A program made the position numbers and the translations under genes. Source: an uncultured Alphaproteobacteria bacterium (lineage in GTDB: Bacteria > Pseudomonadota > Alphaproteobacteria > Rhizobiales > Xanthobacteraceae). From it: a stretch of DNA of 64,000 nt. This document shows, one piece after another, positions 17,791 through 27,127 of the stretch (position 1 is its first letter; each line of letters opens with the position of its first letter). The stretch is from positions 15,917 to 79,916 of the forward strand of contig CAVSPX010000003.1 in NCBI GenBank assembly GCA_963729965.1, written 5' to 3'. The notes under the pieces were generated by a model. That model did no database searches. It was not told the DNA's origin and worked only from the letters and a program-made list of their open reading frames with translations.

Positions 17791-18231
17791 TCAGTTCAAA
17801 TTCCAGGTGTAAGTCCCGATATTGCTGCCGATATCGGCGCCGGTGAAGCCTCGCAGCTCCTCGTTGTTCGCGCAGCTATAGTTGGCCGTGTTGACGCGCG
17901 TAAACGGTCCCGGATACTGCACGCAAATCTGCACGTCGGTGCCCTTCCAGACCAGTTGCTGGGTGTTTGTTTGTTCGGCGTAGAAATAGAACCAGCCCTG
18001 CGGGAAATAGCCGATCCACTCGCAGCTGCCGGGCCCGACGGTCCACCAGCCCTGGACCACGAAATTGCTGTCCGTCGGCGAAACGTGACCGGCGGTCGCG
18101 ACCGAAGCCTGAACGTTGCTGTGGTTGCAGACCTGGAAATGGAAGGTCTGCGCCTGCGCGCCGGCCGAGCCGACAAACAGGGCCGCCACGGCGAAGAAAA
18201 ACGCAATCAGTCCCGACCTTGCGACGCTCAT
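17791..18231 (-). CDS. DUF1036 domain-containing secreted protein
   Basis: 146 aa. Signal peptide MSVARSGLIAFFFAVAALFVGSAGAQA, then FHFQVCNHSNVQASVATA...GWWTVGPGSCEW...FYFYAE, the DUF1036 pattern. The upstream part of track ORF 17791..18708 is rejected. Confidence 0.75.
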   Translation of the reverse strand: MSVARSGLIAFFFAVAALFVGSAGAQAQTFHFQVCNHSNVQASVATAGHVSPTDSNFVVQGWWTVGPGSCEWIGYFPQGWFYFYAEQTNTQQLVWKGTDVQICVQYPGPFTRVNTANYSCANNEELRGFTGADIGSNIGTYTWNLN

Positions 18232-18395
18232 TCGCAATGCTCCTATGGATGCACAGACTTTAACCCTGATATGATTTCGCCCCCATGACAAGATGGCGGA
18301 TGGCGTTTTCTTGCATTGGGTTAGCGGCCGCGCTCGAAACGCCCCGGGGCGCCGGCCACGATGCCGCCCGCCCGGCGGACCGGACGAACCGCCGG

Positions 18396-18445
18396 ATCGC
18401 AACGTCCCGGGTCGCAACACCCCGGGTCGCAACGTCAATCGCAAC
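18396..18445. repeat. four direct repeats of (A/G)TCGCAAC at 15/15/12-bp spacing in a divergent intergenic region
   Basis: ATCGCAAC at 18396, GTCGCAAC at 18411, GTCGCAAC at 18426, ATCGCAAC at 18438. Confidence 0.35.
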
Positions 18446-18457
18446 TTGGCTGCGCCG

Positions 18458-19366
18458 ATGACCTCCACTACATCCTCCTTGGAGTTCGAGCGGAGGCCGC
18501 CGTCATTGCGTTCGATCCGAACCTCTTTCCGCATCGCCATCGATGCGTTTTGGCGCTTCAACGCCGATGACGGCTGGGCGATCGCGAGCCATATTGCGCT
18601 GTCGACCCTGATGGCGATGTTTCCGTTTCTCATCCTGGTCACGGCGATTGCGGGCTTCATCGGCTCACGTAATCTGGCCGACGAAGTCGCCCGCCTGATC
18701 GTGGCCACGTGGCCCCACCAGGTAGCGGGGCCGATCGCCGACCAAATTCACACCGTGCTGACCACGGCGCGCGGCGACGTGCTCACGCTGGGCGCGATCT
18801 TCGCCATCTATTTCTCGTCGAGCGGCGTCGAGAGCCTGCGTATCGGATTGAACCGCGCCTACGGGCTGCGCGAGCCGCGGCCGTGGTGGCTGTTGCGGCT
18901 GGAGGCCTTCGGCTACGTGCTGGTCAGCGCCGTCTGCATTCTGGCGGTGGCGTTTCTGCTCGTGCTCGGCCCGCTGGTGTTTCACCGCGCGGTGAGCTAC
19001 GCGCCGTGGCTCGATCCGCTCGCCGGCTACAGCAATTTCACGCGGCTTGGGGTCGCGGCCGCGCTGCTGGCGATCGCGCTGTTCATTCTGCACCTGTGGC
19101 TGCCGGCCGGGCGCCGGCGGCTCGCCGAAGTCTGGCCCGGCATTCTGGCGACGCTGCTGCTGTGGCTCGCCTGCGGCGTCGGCTTTGGCCGCTACCTCGC
19201 CAGTTTCTCGTCCGCCTATGTGAGCTATTACGGCGGCCTGGCCTCGGTCATGATCGCGCTGGTGTTTCTCTATTTCAGCGCCTGGATCTTCATCTTCGGC
19301 GGCGAACTCAACGCCGCGATCGCGCGGGCGAAGGAGACCAAGCGCGGCAAACTGCGGGAGCTATGA
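18458..19366 (+). CDS. YihY/BrkB (virulence factor BrkB / RNase BN-like) family membrane protein
   Basis: FRIAIDAFWRFNADDGWAIASHIALSTLMAMFPFLILV..., six TM segments, C-terminal IFGGELNAAI. Start set at the internal Met (MTSTTSSLEF). Confidence 0.85.
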   Translation: MTSTTSSLEFERRPPSLRSIRTSFRIAIDAFWRFNADDGWAIASHIALSTLMAMFPFLILVTAIAGFIGSRNLADEVARLIVATWPHQVAGPIADQIHTVLTTARGDVLTLGAIFAIYFSSSGVESLRIGLNRAYGLREPRPWWLLRLEAFGYVLVSAVCILAVAFLLVLGPLVFHRAVSYAPWLDPLAGYSNFTRLGVAAALLAIALFILHLWLPAGRRRLAEVWPGILATLLLWLACGVGFGRYLASFSSAYVSYYGGLASVMIALVFLYFSAWIFIFGGELNAAIARAKETKRGKLREL

Positions 19367-20635
19367 CTGCGCCTCGATGACGTCGTCGAAATTGCGCAGG
19401 CCCGGCCGCTGCGCGTTGACCAGCACCGCCATGTTGCCGGGCTTGTGCTTGTTGGTGCGCATCAGTTCGTGGGCGTAGGGGATTTTCTCGAAGGGAAACA
19501 CATCGCTCATGCACGGATCGACGCGGCGGTCGATGACGAAACGGTTGGCGGCGCTGGCCTGTTTGAGGTGCGCGAAATGCGAGCCCTGGATGCGCTTCTG
19601 CCGCATCCACACGTAGCGCGCGTCGAAGGTGATGTTGTAGCCGGTCGTGCCGGCGCAGAACACCACCATGCCGCCGCGCTTGACCACCAGACACGACACC
19701 GGAAACGTCGCCTCGCCCGGATGCTCGAACACGATGTCGACGTCGCGCTTGCCGGTGATGTCCCAGATCGCCTTGCCGAACTTGCGCGCTTCCTTGACCC
19801 AGGCGTCGTATTCGGGCGAGCCGACCTTCGGCATCTGGCCCCAGCATTTGAATTCGCTGCGGTTGATGACGCCCTTGGCGCCGAGTTCGAGCACGTATTT
19901 GGCCTTGTCGGCATCCGACACGATACCGATGGCGTTGGCGCCCGACGCCGCCACGAGCTGCAAGCCGAACACGCCGAGCCCGCCCGAGGCGCCCCAGACC
20001 AGCACATTGTCGCCAGGCTTGAGCGTATGCGGCGGATGGCCGAACAGCATGCGGTACGCGGTCGCCAGAGTGAGCGTGTAGCAGGCGGATTCTTCCCAGG
20101 TCAGATGCGCCGGCTTCGCCATCAGCTGGCGCGACTGCACCCGGCAGAACTGCGCGAACGAACCGTCCGGCGTTTCGTAGCCCCAGATACGCTGCGACGG
20201 CGACAGGAGCGGATCGCCGCCGTTGCAATCCTCGTCGTCGCCGTCGTCCTGATTGCAGTGGACGATGACTTCGTCGCCGACCTTCCAGCGATGCACCTTG
20301 GAGCCGATCGCCCAGACGATGCCCGAGGCGTCGGAGCCGGCGATGTGGAATGGATGCTTATGGCCGTCGAACGGCGAAACCGGAATACCAAGGCCGGCCC
20401 AGACGCCGTTGTAGTTGACGCCACCGGCCATCACATAGACCAGCACCTCGTCCTCGGCGATCGGCCAAGTCGGCACGACTTCGAGCTGCATCGCCTTCTC
20501 GGGCGTTCCGTGGCGCTCCCTGCGGATCGCCCAGGCGTGCATCTTTGCGGGAACATGACCCAGCGGCGGGACCTCGCCGATAGCGTAGAGGTCCTTCAGC
20601 GCGACGGCCGGTGGCTTTTGCTGCGCGACGGCCAT
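19361..20635 (-). CDS. ccr: crotonyl-CoA carboxylase/reductase
   Basis: 424 aa from an ATG preceded by GGAG. Diagnostic stretches HAWAIRRERHG, NYNGVWAGLG, IWGYETPDGSFAQF, GASGGLGVFGLQL, CAGTTGYNITFDARYVWMRQKRIQGSHFA. Confidence 0.95.
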   Translation of the reverse strand: MAVAQQKPPAVALKDLYAIGEVPPLGHVPAKMHAWAIRRERHGTPEKAMQLEVVPTWPIAEDEVLVYVMAGGVNYNGVWAGLGIPVSPFDGHKHPFHIAGSDASGIVWAIGSKVHRWKVGDEVIVHCNQDDGDDEDCNGGDPLLSPSQRIWGYETPDGSFAQFCRVQSRQLMAKPAHLTWEESACYTLTLATAYRMLFGHPPHTLKPGDNVLVWGASGGLGVFGLQLVAASGANAIGIVSDADKAKYVLELGAKGVINRSEFKCWGQMPKVGSPEYDAWVKEARKFGKAIWDITGKRDVDIVFEHPGEATFPVSCLVVKRGGMVVFCAGTTGYNITFDARYVWMRQKRIQGSHFAHLKQASAANRFVIDRRVDPCMSDVFPFEKIPYAHELMRTNKHKPGNMAVLVNAQRPGLRNFDDVIEAQS

Positions 20636-20868
20636 GATGGACTCCGTCCTCAAGGGGCGAGCGCTATTGCTGCAGTGCGAGTATTGTGCAGCAGACTATG
20701 TTGCGGCGCAACAATTACTTACGCAGGGGTAAAGGACGGGTGCAAAAGTTTCGGGAACAGTTCCCGGGATCGGCTGACAGGCGGCTCCCAACCCCCTAAG
20801 GTTCCGGCGCCTGCTATGGCGCGGCCGGGGCGTCGCCCTTGCCGGCGCTGGGGTAAAGGGGAGTTACC

Positions 20869-21114
20869 ATGAACATTATTATTTGGCTGATCGTCGGCGC
20901 GATCGCCGGCTGGCTTGCCGGCATGGTCGTGAAAGGCGGCGGATTCGGACTGATCGGCGATATCATTGTCGGCATCATCGGCGGCCTGATCGCCGGCTGG
21001 CTGCTGCCGCGGCTCGGCATCTTTATCGGCTCAGGCTTCATCGCCGCGGTCATCGATTCGTTCATCGGCGCGGTCATCCTTCTGCTCATTCTGCGGCTCG
21101 TCAAACGCGCCTGA
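20869..21114 (+). CDS. GlsB/YeaQ/YmgE family stress-response membrane protein
   Basis: 81 aa. MNIIIWLIVGAIAGWLAG...GFGLIGDIIVGIIGGLIAGWL. Confidence 0.9.
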   Translation: MNIIIWLIVGAIAGWLAGMVVKGGGFGLIGDIIVGIIGGLIAGWLLPRLGIFIGSGFIAAVIDSFIGAVILLLILRLVKRA

Positions 21115-21207
21115 TGGCGCGCTAAGGCCGCAGAAAGAAATGCGCGGTAGAGCAAGGCGCCAAGGCAAAAGGCCTTGGCGCAACGCTGATTTTTTGACCG
21201 CGCTGTC

Positions 21208-22434
21208 ATGGATGCAAGACCGGACGCGAGCCCTATCGAGACGTCCATCGCCGCGTCGCGGATCGCCCCGCGGCGCCTGATCGGCGTCGTCGGGCTGACG
21301 CTGGCGCTCGCCTATCTGGTGATGCTGGCGGGCGCTTTCGCCCAGGGCCAGTTCCTGACGGACGCGCAGCGGCAGCCGATCGCCAACGACTTCGTCGCCG
21401 TCTACGCGGCCGGCCAAATGGCGCTCGCCGGTCACGCGGCGGCAGCTTACGATTGGCCGCTGCATAAGACCGCCGAGGTCGGCGCCGTCGGCCACGATTT
21501 TGCCGGCTATTACGGCTGGCATTATCCGCCGCCGTTTCTGTTCGTCGCCGCGGCTTTGGCGCTGCTGCCCTACCTCGCGGCTGCCCTGATCTGGCTTATC
21601 GGCACACTCGCCGCCTTTGCGGCGACGCTGCGCTTTATCGTGCGCGATCGCGCGGGAATTTTTGTCGCGCTCGGCTTTCCGGCCGCGATCTGGAACGTCA
21701 CGGCCGGCCAGAACGGCTTTCTCACCGCGACTCTGATCGGCGGCACGCTGGCGGCGCTGGAGCGCCGCCCTGCGCTCGCCGGCGTCTTTCTCGGGCTCCT
21801 CACCTACAAGCCGCAATTCGGCCTGCTGTTTCCGCTGGCGCTGATCGCGGACCGCCGCTGGCTGACAATCGCGGTCGCCGCCGCCGTGGCGAGTGCCATG
21901 GCGGCCGCCTCATGGCTCGCCTTCGGCAGCGCCAGCTGGCAGGCCTTCCTGCATTGGCTGCCGATCACGGGCCACTTGGTTCTCGGCGAAGGCGTCGCCG
22001 ATTTCGATCGGCTGCAGAGCCTCTATGGTTTGGTGCGCGCGCATGACGGCAGCGAAACGCTGGCGCTGGCCCTGCAAGGCGCCGGCAGCATCGCGGCGGC
22101 GATCGGAATTGTCTGGCTGTGGCGCAGCCGCGCGCCGTTCGAATTGAAAGCCGCAGCGCTTGCCGCCGCAACTCTCGTCGCCACGCCCTATGTCTACATG
22201 TATGACGTGACCGTGCTCGCTGTCGCGGTCGGCTTTCTGTTGCGTTTCGCCCTGAAGCGAGGATTTACCGCAGCCGAAACATGCGGCCTCGCCGCCGGCG
22301 CAGCGCTCATTCTGGTCTTTCCCTATGTCAGGACGCAGACCGGTCTTGCCGCAGTGCTGATCGTGCTGGCGCTTATCGTCACGACGTTGGCCTTACAACA
22401 CGCACGCGGCGAACCGCGCGCCGGGCACACATGA
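21208..22434 (+). CDS. GT87 / DUF2029 family polytopic membrane glycosyltransferase, paralog 1
   Basis: 408 aa, more than 10 TM segments. Motifs NDFVAVYAAGQMALAGHAAAAYDW, GWHYPPPFLF, GQNGFLTATLIGG, LLTYKPQFGLLFP. Confidence 0.85.
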   Translation: MDARPDASPIETSIAASRIAPRRLIGVVGLTLALAYLVMLAGAFAQGQFLTDAQRQPIANDFVAVYAAGQMALAGHAAAAYDWPLHKTAEVGAVGHDFAGYYGWHYPPPFLFVAAALALLPYLAAALIWLIGTLAAFAATLRFIVRDRAGIFVALGFPAAIWNVTAGQNGFLTATLIGGTLAALERRPALAGVFLGLLTYKPQFGLLFPLALIADRRWLTIAVAAAVASAMAAASWLAFGSASWQAFLHWLPITGHLVLGEGVADFDRLQSLYGLVRAHDGSETLALALQGAGSIAAAIGIVWLWRSRAPFELKAAALAAATLVATPYVYMYDVTVLAVAVGFLLRFALKRGFTAAETCGLAAGAALILVFPYVRTQTGLAAVLIVLALIVTTLALQHARGEPRAGHT

Positions 22435-23660
22435 CACTGCAAACGCTGCCCTTGAGCCATGGTTTGCGGCCGGCGGCAACGGACATGCTGCGCCGTATCT
22501 GCTTCGGCCTGGCCGTTGCCAACGTGGCCTATCTGGTCACGCAGATCTTCGGCAGGAACTGGATCCTCGACGGCACCGGCCGCCCCATCCACACCGATTT
22601 CACCAGCGTCTACGCTGCCGGACGCCTCGTGCGCGAAGGCCATCCCGCGGCCGCTTATGACTGGACTCTGCACTACGCCGCGGAAAATGCCGTCGTGGCG
22701 CACCCACAAGCCGCCTATCTCGGCTGGCATTATCCGCCGCCATTTCTGCTGATCGCGGGGCTGTTGGCGATATTGCCCTATTTGGTCGCTTTTTTTGTTT
22801 GGATCGCGGCAACGCTGGCACTCTATTTGACGACGATTCGCGCCATCGTCGGCGACAGGATCGGCTGGCTCTTGGCCGGCGCGTTTCCGTGCCTGATGCC
22901 GAATATCATTTCCGGCCAAAATGGATTTTTTACCGCGTCGCTGGTCGGCGGCGCACTCGTGCTTCTGGAAACACATTCGCTGCTTGCCGGCACGTGTCTC
23001 GGCCTTCTTACCTACAAGCCGCAATTCGGCATCCTGTTTCCTCTCGTACTGGCCGCCGGCGGCTATTGGCGGGCAATGGCAGCGGCGGCCGCGAGCGCGG
23101 CCGCACTGGCGCTTGCAACCGTTGTTGCGTTCGGCGTTACCCCATGGACGGAGTTTTTGCACTGGCTGCCGCTGACTTCGGCCGCGCTGCTGTCGCAGGA
23201 CCACACGGCGTGGGCTGATCACACGGAATGGAATAAATTTCAGAGCCTGTTCGCGATGGTGCGCCTGCTTGGCGGCGGTGCGACCCTGGCCTGGGCGTTG
23301 CAAGCCGTACTTGCCGTCGTCGCCGCCATCGCGATCTGCATGATGTGGCGGAGCAAACGCATCGCGTTCGAACTAAAGGCCGCGGGGTTGGCCGTGGGCG
23401 TCCTCTTTGCCACCCCTTACGTTTACCTTTACGACCTGACCATCCTGGCCGTCGCTTACGCTTTCCTCATCCGCCTCGCAATCCAAACCGGCTTCCTGCC
23501 GGGCGAAACCTTAAGCCTGGCGGTAATCACGTTGATGCTTCTGGTATTGCCGTTTCTGGGCATGCCGGTCGGCCTGCCAGCGGCCGCGATCGCCGCAGTG
23601 CTGATCGCTCGGCGGGTTCGCGACGCACTTGCCGACACGGCGACAACACAACCGATATAG
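22431..23660 (+). CDS. GT87 / DUF2029 family membrane glycosyltransferase, paralog 2
   Basis: ATG overlaps the stop of paralog 1 (ATGA). Motifs TDFTSVYAAGRLVREGHPAAAYDW, GWHYPPPFLL, GQNGFFTASLVGG, LLTYKPQFGILFP. Confidence 0.85.
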   Translation: MTLQTLPLSHGLRPAATDMLRRICFGLAVANVAYLVTQIFGRNWILDGTGRPIHTDFTSVYAAGRLVREGHPAAAYDWTLHYAAENAVVAHPQAAYLGWHYPPPFLLIAGLLAILPYLVAFFVWIAATLALYLTTIRAIVGDRIGWLLAGAFPCLMPNIISGQNGFFTASLVGGALVLLETHSLLAGTCLGLLTYKPQFGILFPLVLAAGGYWRAMAAAAASAAALALATVVAFGVTPWTEFLHWLPLTSAALLSQDHTAWADHTEWNKFQSLFAMVRLLGGGATLAWALQAVLAVVAAIAICMMWRSKRIAFELKAAGLAVGVLFATPYVYLYDLTILAVAYAFLIRLAIQTGFLPGETLSLAVITLMLLVLPFLGMPVGLPAAAIAAVLIARRVRDALADTATTQPI

Positions 23661-23791
23661 CGGCAAAACAGGCTGCAACCGGCTGCAACGCAGTGCGGTT
23701 AACGATGCCTCCACGGAAGCAACGCCGATTTAAAGCTTCCTCAAGGACGCCGGGCGTAGCATCCCGCCATAAAGGCGAGACACGAGCGCCA

Positions 23792-25015
23792 ATGGTCTCG
23801 ATCGACACTTCAAGCGAGCGTGCGGCCGGTGCGCTGCTGGCGAAGCCAGTAGTGCTGATCGCGTTCGCACTGACCGTGGCGCACGCCGTTTTTCTGGGCA
23901 CCTTCTGGGTCGACGGCCTTTGGGCGGACCACACCGGTGCACCCTCGGACTTCGTCGCGGTGTGGGCCGCCGGCAAGCTCGCGAGCGCAGGACATGCCGC
24001 GGCGGCTTATCACTCGAACGCGCACAAGATCGTCGAACAGGCAGCGGTCGGGCATCCGTTCGCCGGTTATTTCGGCTTCCATTATCCGCCAACATTTCTG
24101 CTCGTTGCCGTTGTGCTGTCGCTGATGCCATACGGCGTCGCTTATACGGTTTGGGCCGTCGGCACATTTCCGGCTTATCTGATCGCCATTCGCTCCATCG
24201 TCGGCGATCGCATCGGGTATCTGCTGGCCGCAGCCTTTCCCGCCGTGCTGGCGAATTTCACCATCGGGCAGAATGGATTTGTGACCGCGAGCCTGATTGG
24301 CGGCACGCTGACGCTCATGAGGTCACGGCCGATCATGGCCGGTGTGTTGCTCGGACTTCTGACCTACAAGCCGCATCTCGGCTTGCTGTTTCCGATCGCT
24401 CTGATCGCTGGCCGGCAATGGCGCGTGTTTTTGACCGCAGCGATCGTGGCGATGGCGATGGCGGGCGCGTCTTGGCTGGCCTTCGGCACTGGCACTTGGC
24501 AGGCCTTTGTGGGCAACATCGGCCCCACAGCGCAAGCTTTCCTTTCCGACGGGGACGCGGACTGGAGAAAGCTGCAAAGCATCTTCGGGCTCACGCGCGC
24601 GCTCGGCGGCAGCGAGACGCTGGCCTGGAGCCTGCAAGCGATGGTGACACTGGCGGCTGCCGGCGCGGTTGCCGCGCTGTGGCGTCGCGCTGCGAATACG
24701 GCCTGTCCGTATGAAATCAAGGCGGCTGCGCTCGGCACCGGACTTATGCTCGCAACCCCATACCTCTACACGTATGATCTGGTCGCGCTGGCAGTGCCGT
24801 TGGCATTTCTGTTCCGTCTCGGACTCACCCGTCGATTTTTGCCCCGCGAACTGAGCGGCATCGGGTTAGCCTGCCTGCTGGTACTCATATTCCCCTTCGT
24901 CGACGCGCCAACCGGGTTCGCTGCGCTCTTGATCGTGGCTGCCTTGATTGCGCGGCGCGCTTTGACGGCCGGGACGCTCGCGCGCTCAGCGGCGCCAATT
25001 CGCGCGGTCGGCTAG
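23792..25015 (+). CDS. GT87 / DUF2029 family membrane glycosyltransferase, paralog 3
   Basis: Start MVSIDTSSERAAG. Motifs SDFVAVWAAGKLASAGHAAAAYH, GFHYPPTFLL, GQNGFVTASLIGG, LLTYKPHLGLLFP. Confidence 0.85.
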   Translation: MVSIDTSSERAAGALLAKPVVLIAFALTVAHAVFLGTFWVDGLWADHTGAPSDFVAVWAAGKLASAGHAAAAYHSNAHKIVEQAAVGHPFAGYFGFHYPPTFLLVAVVLSLMPYGVAYTVWAVGTFPAYLIAIRSIVGDRIGYLLAAAFPAVLANFTIGQNGFVTASLIGGTLTLMRSRPIMAGVLLGLLTYKPHLGLLFPIALIAGRQWRVFLTAAIVAMAMAGASWLAFGTGTWQAFVGNIGPTAQAFLSDGDADWRKLQSIFGLTRALGGSETLAWSLQAMVTLAAAGAVAALWRRAANTACPYEIKAAALGTGLMLATPYLYTYDLVALAVPLAFLFRLGLTRRFLPRELSGIGLACLLVLIFPFVDAPTGFAALLIVAALIARRALTAGTLARSAAPIRAVG

Positions 25016-25129
25016 CCGTGCGCGGCATAGTGCGCTTCGGGCCTTTTAGATCGCGAATATTGCATTGCAGCAAAATCCGCGTCACATTGGCGGCGCCGGA
25101 GCTAGGGTGCACGAACGCGGGCATTATTC

Positions 25130-27127
25130 ATGGGCGACCAGCCGCGCCGCGATAAACTTTGGATTTTCCGCACCTATGCGGGGCATTCGACCGCCGCGGC
25201 CTCCAATGCGCTTTATCGCACCAACCTGAGCAAGGGGCAGACCGGGCTCTCGGTCGCCTTCGATCTGCCGACCCAGACCGGCTACGACAGCGATCATCCG
25301 CTCGCCAAGGGCGAGGTCGGCAGGGTCGGCGTACCGATCAGCCATCTCGGTGACATGCGCACGCTGTTCGAGGCCATCCCGCTCGGGACCATGAACACGT
25401 CGATGACGATCAACGCGACTGCCGCCTGGCTGCTCGCGCTCTATATCGCGGTGGCGGACGAACAAAGCGCGCCGCGCATTGCGCTGCAGGGCACGACGCA
25501 GAATGACATCGTCAAGGAATACCTGTCGCGCGGCACCTACGTGTTTCCGCCGGCGCCGTCGATGCGGCTCACCAAGGACGTGATTTTGTTCACGACCAAG
25601 GAGATGCCGAAATGGAATCCGATGAATGTCTGTTCCTATCACCTGCAGGAGGCCGGCGCCACGCCGGTGCAGGAACTGGGCTTCGCGCTCGCCACCGCGA
25701 TCGGCGTGCTCGACACGGTGAAGGCCTCGCGGCAATGCGCGGACGAGGAATTCGGCGATGTGGTCGGCCGCATCTCGTTTTTCGTCAATGCCGGGCTGCG
25801 CTTCATCACCGAGATCTGCAAGATGCGCGCCTTCACCGAATTATGGGACGAGATCACGCGCGAGCGCTATGGCGTGCGCGATGCCAAGCAGCGGCTGTTC
25901 CGCTACGGCGTGCAGGTCAATTCGCTGGGACTCACCGAGCCGCAGCCGGAAAACAACGTCGCCCGCATCTTGCTGGAAATGCTGGCGGTGACGCTGTCCA
26001 AGGACGCGCGAGCGCGCGCGGTGCAATTGCCGGCCTGGAACGAGGCGCTCGGATTGCCGCGGCCCTGGGACCAGCAGTGGTCGCTGCGCATGCAGCAAAT
26101 TCTCGCCTACGAAACCGATCTGCTCGACTACGGCGACGTTTTTGCCGGCTCTCCGGTCATCGCCGCCAAGGTCGCGGAACTCAAAGCCGCGGCGAGAGAA
26201 GAGCTCGCCCAGATCGAGCAGATGGGCGGCACTATCGCGGCCGTCGAATCCGGCTACCTGAAACAGCAGCTCGTCGAGTCTAACGCCCGCCGCATCGAGG
26301 CGATCGAACGCGGCGAGCAGACCGTCGTCGGCGTCAACCGCTTTACCGAAACCGAACCGTCGCCGCTGGCGGAAGCCGCCGAAGCGGTCGTGACTGTGTC
26401 GCCGCAGGCCGAAGCCGACCAGATCGCGCGGCTGGCCGCATGGCGTGCCGCGCGCGACGCCGGCGCAGTCGCCGCGGCGCTGCAAGCTTTGCGCAACGCG
26501 GCAAAAGGCGGCGCCAACATCATGCCGGCCTCGATCGCTTGCGCCAAGGCGGGCGTCACCACCGGCGAATGGGGCCTCGCGCTGCGCCAGGCATTCGGCG
26601 AGTACCGCGCACCGACCGGCGTCGGCAGCGCCATGCGCAACGACGCCGAAGGTCTCGACGATATTCGCGCCGAGGTCGACCGTGTGTCGAAAAAACTCGG
26701 CCGCCGGCTGACGTTACTTGTCGGCAAGCCGGGGCTCGACGGCCATTCCAATGGCGCCGAGCAGATCGCGTCGCGCGCCCGCGACGCCGGCATGGCGGTG
26801 GTCTACGACGGCATCCGTTTCACGCCTGAAGGCATCGCCGCCGCCGCGGCGGAGAAGCACGCCCACATCGTCGGGCTGTCGATCCTGTCCGGCTCGCACC
26901 TGCCGCTGGTGGCCGATGTCATCGCACGTCTGAAGGAAGCCGGAGTCGAGGACGTTCCCGTCGTCGTCGGCGGCATCATCCCACCGCAGGACGCCGAGAC
27001 TCTCAAACAAGCCGGCGTCGCCGGAATCTATACGCCGAAGGATTTCGAACTCAATCGCATCATGAGCGATCTCTGCCGCATCGCCGAGGACTCAGCCGCT
27101 GCGGCGAAGGCGGATGCGGCCGAATAA
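25130..27127 (+). CDS. ecm: ethylmalonyl-CoA mutase (MeaA), B12-dependent
   Basis: 665 aa. LWIFRTYAGHSTAAASNALYRTNLSKGQTGLSVAFDLPTQTGYDSDHP. C-terminal B12-binding domain (LLVGKPGLDGHSNGAEQIA...VVVGGIIP). Confidence 0.93.
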   Translation: MGDQPRRDKLWIFRTYAGHSTAAASNALYRTNLSKGQTGLSVAFDLPTQTGYDSDHPLAKGEVGRVGVPISHLGDMRTLFEAIPLGTMNTSMTINATAAWLLALYIAVADEQSAPRIALQGTTQNDIVKEYLSRGTYVFPPAPSMRLTKDVILFTTKEMPKWNPMNVCSYHLQEAGATPVQELGFALATAIGVLDTVKASRQCADEEFGDVVGRISFFVNAGLRFITEICKMRAFTELWDEITRERYGVRDAKQRLFRYGVQVNSLGLTEPQPENNVARILLEMLAVTLSKDARARAVQLPAWNEALGLPRPWDQQWSLRMQQILAYETDLLDYGDVFAGSPVIAAKVAELKAAAREELAQIEQMGGTIAAVESGYLKQQLVESNARRIEAIERGEQTVVGVNRFTETEPSPLAEAAEAVVTVSPQAEADQIARLAAWRAARDAGAVAAALQALRNAAKGGANIMPASIACAKAGVTTGEWGLALRQAFGEYRAPTGVGSAMRNDAEGLDDIRAEVDRVSKKLGRRLTLLVGKPGLDGHSNGAEQIASRARDAGMAVVYDGIRFTPEGIAAAAAEKHAHIVGLSILSGSHLPLVADVIARLKEAGVEDVPVVVGGIIPPQDAETLKQAGVAGIYTPKDFELNRIMSDLCRIAEDSAAAAKADAAE

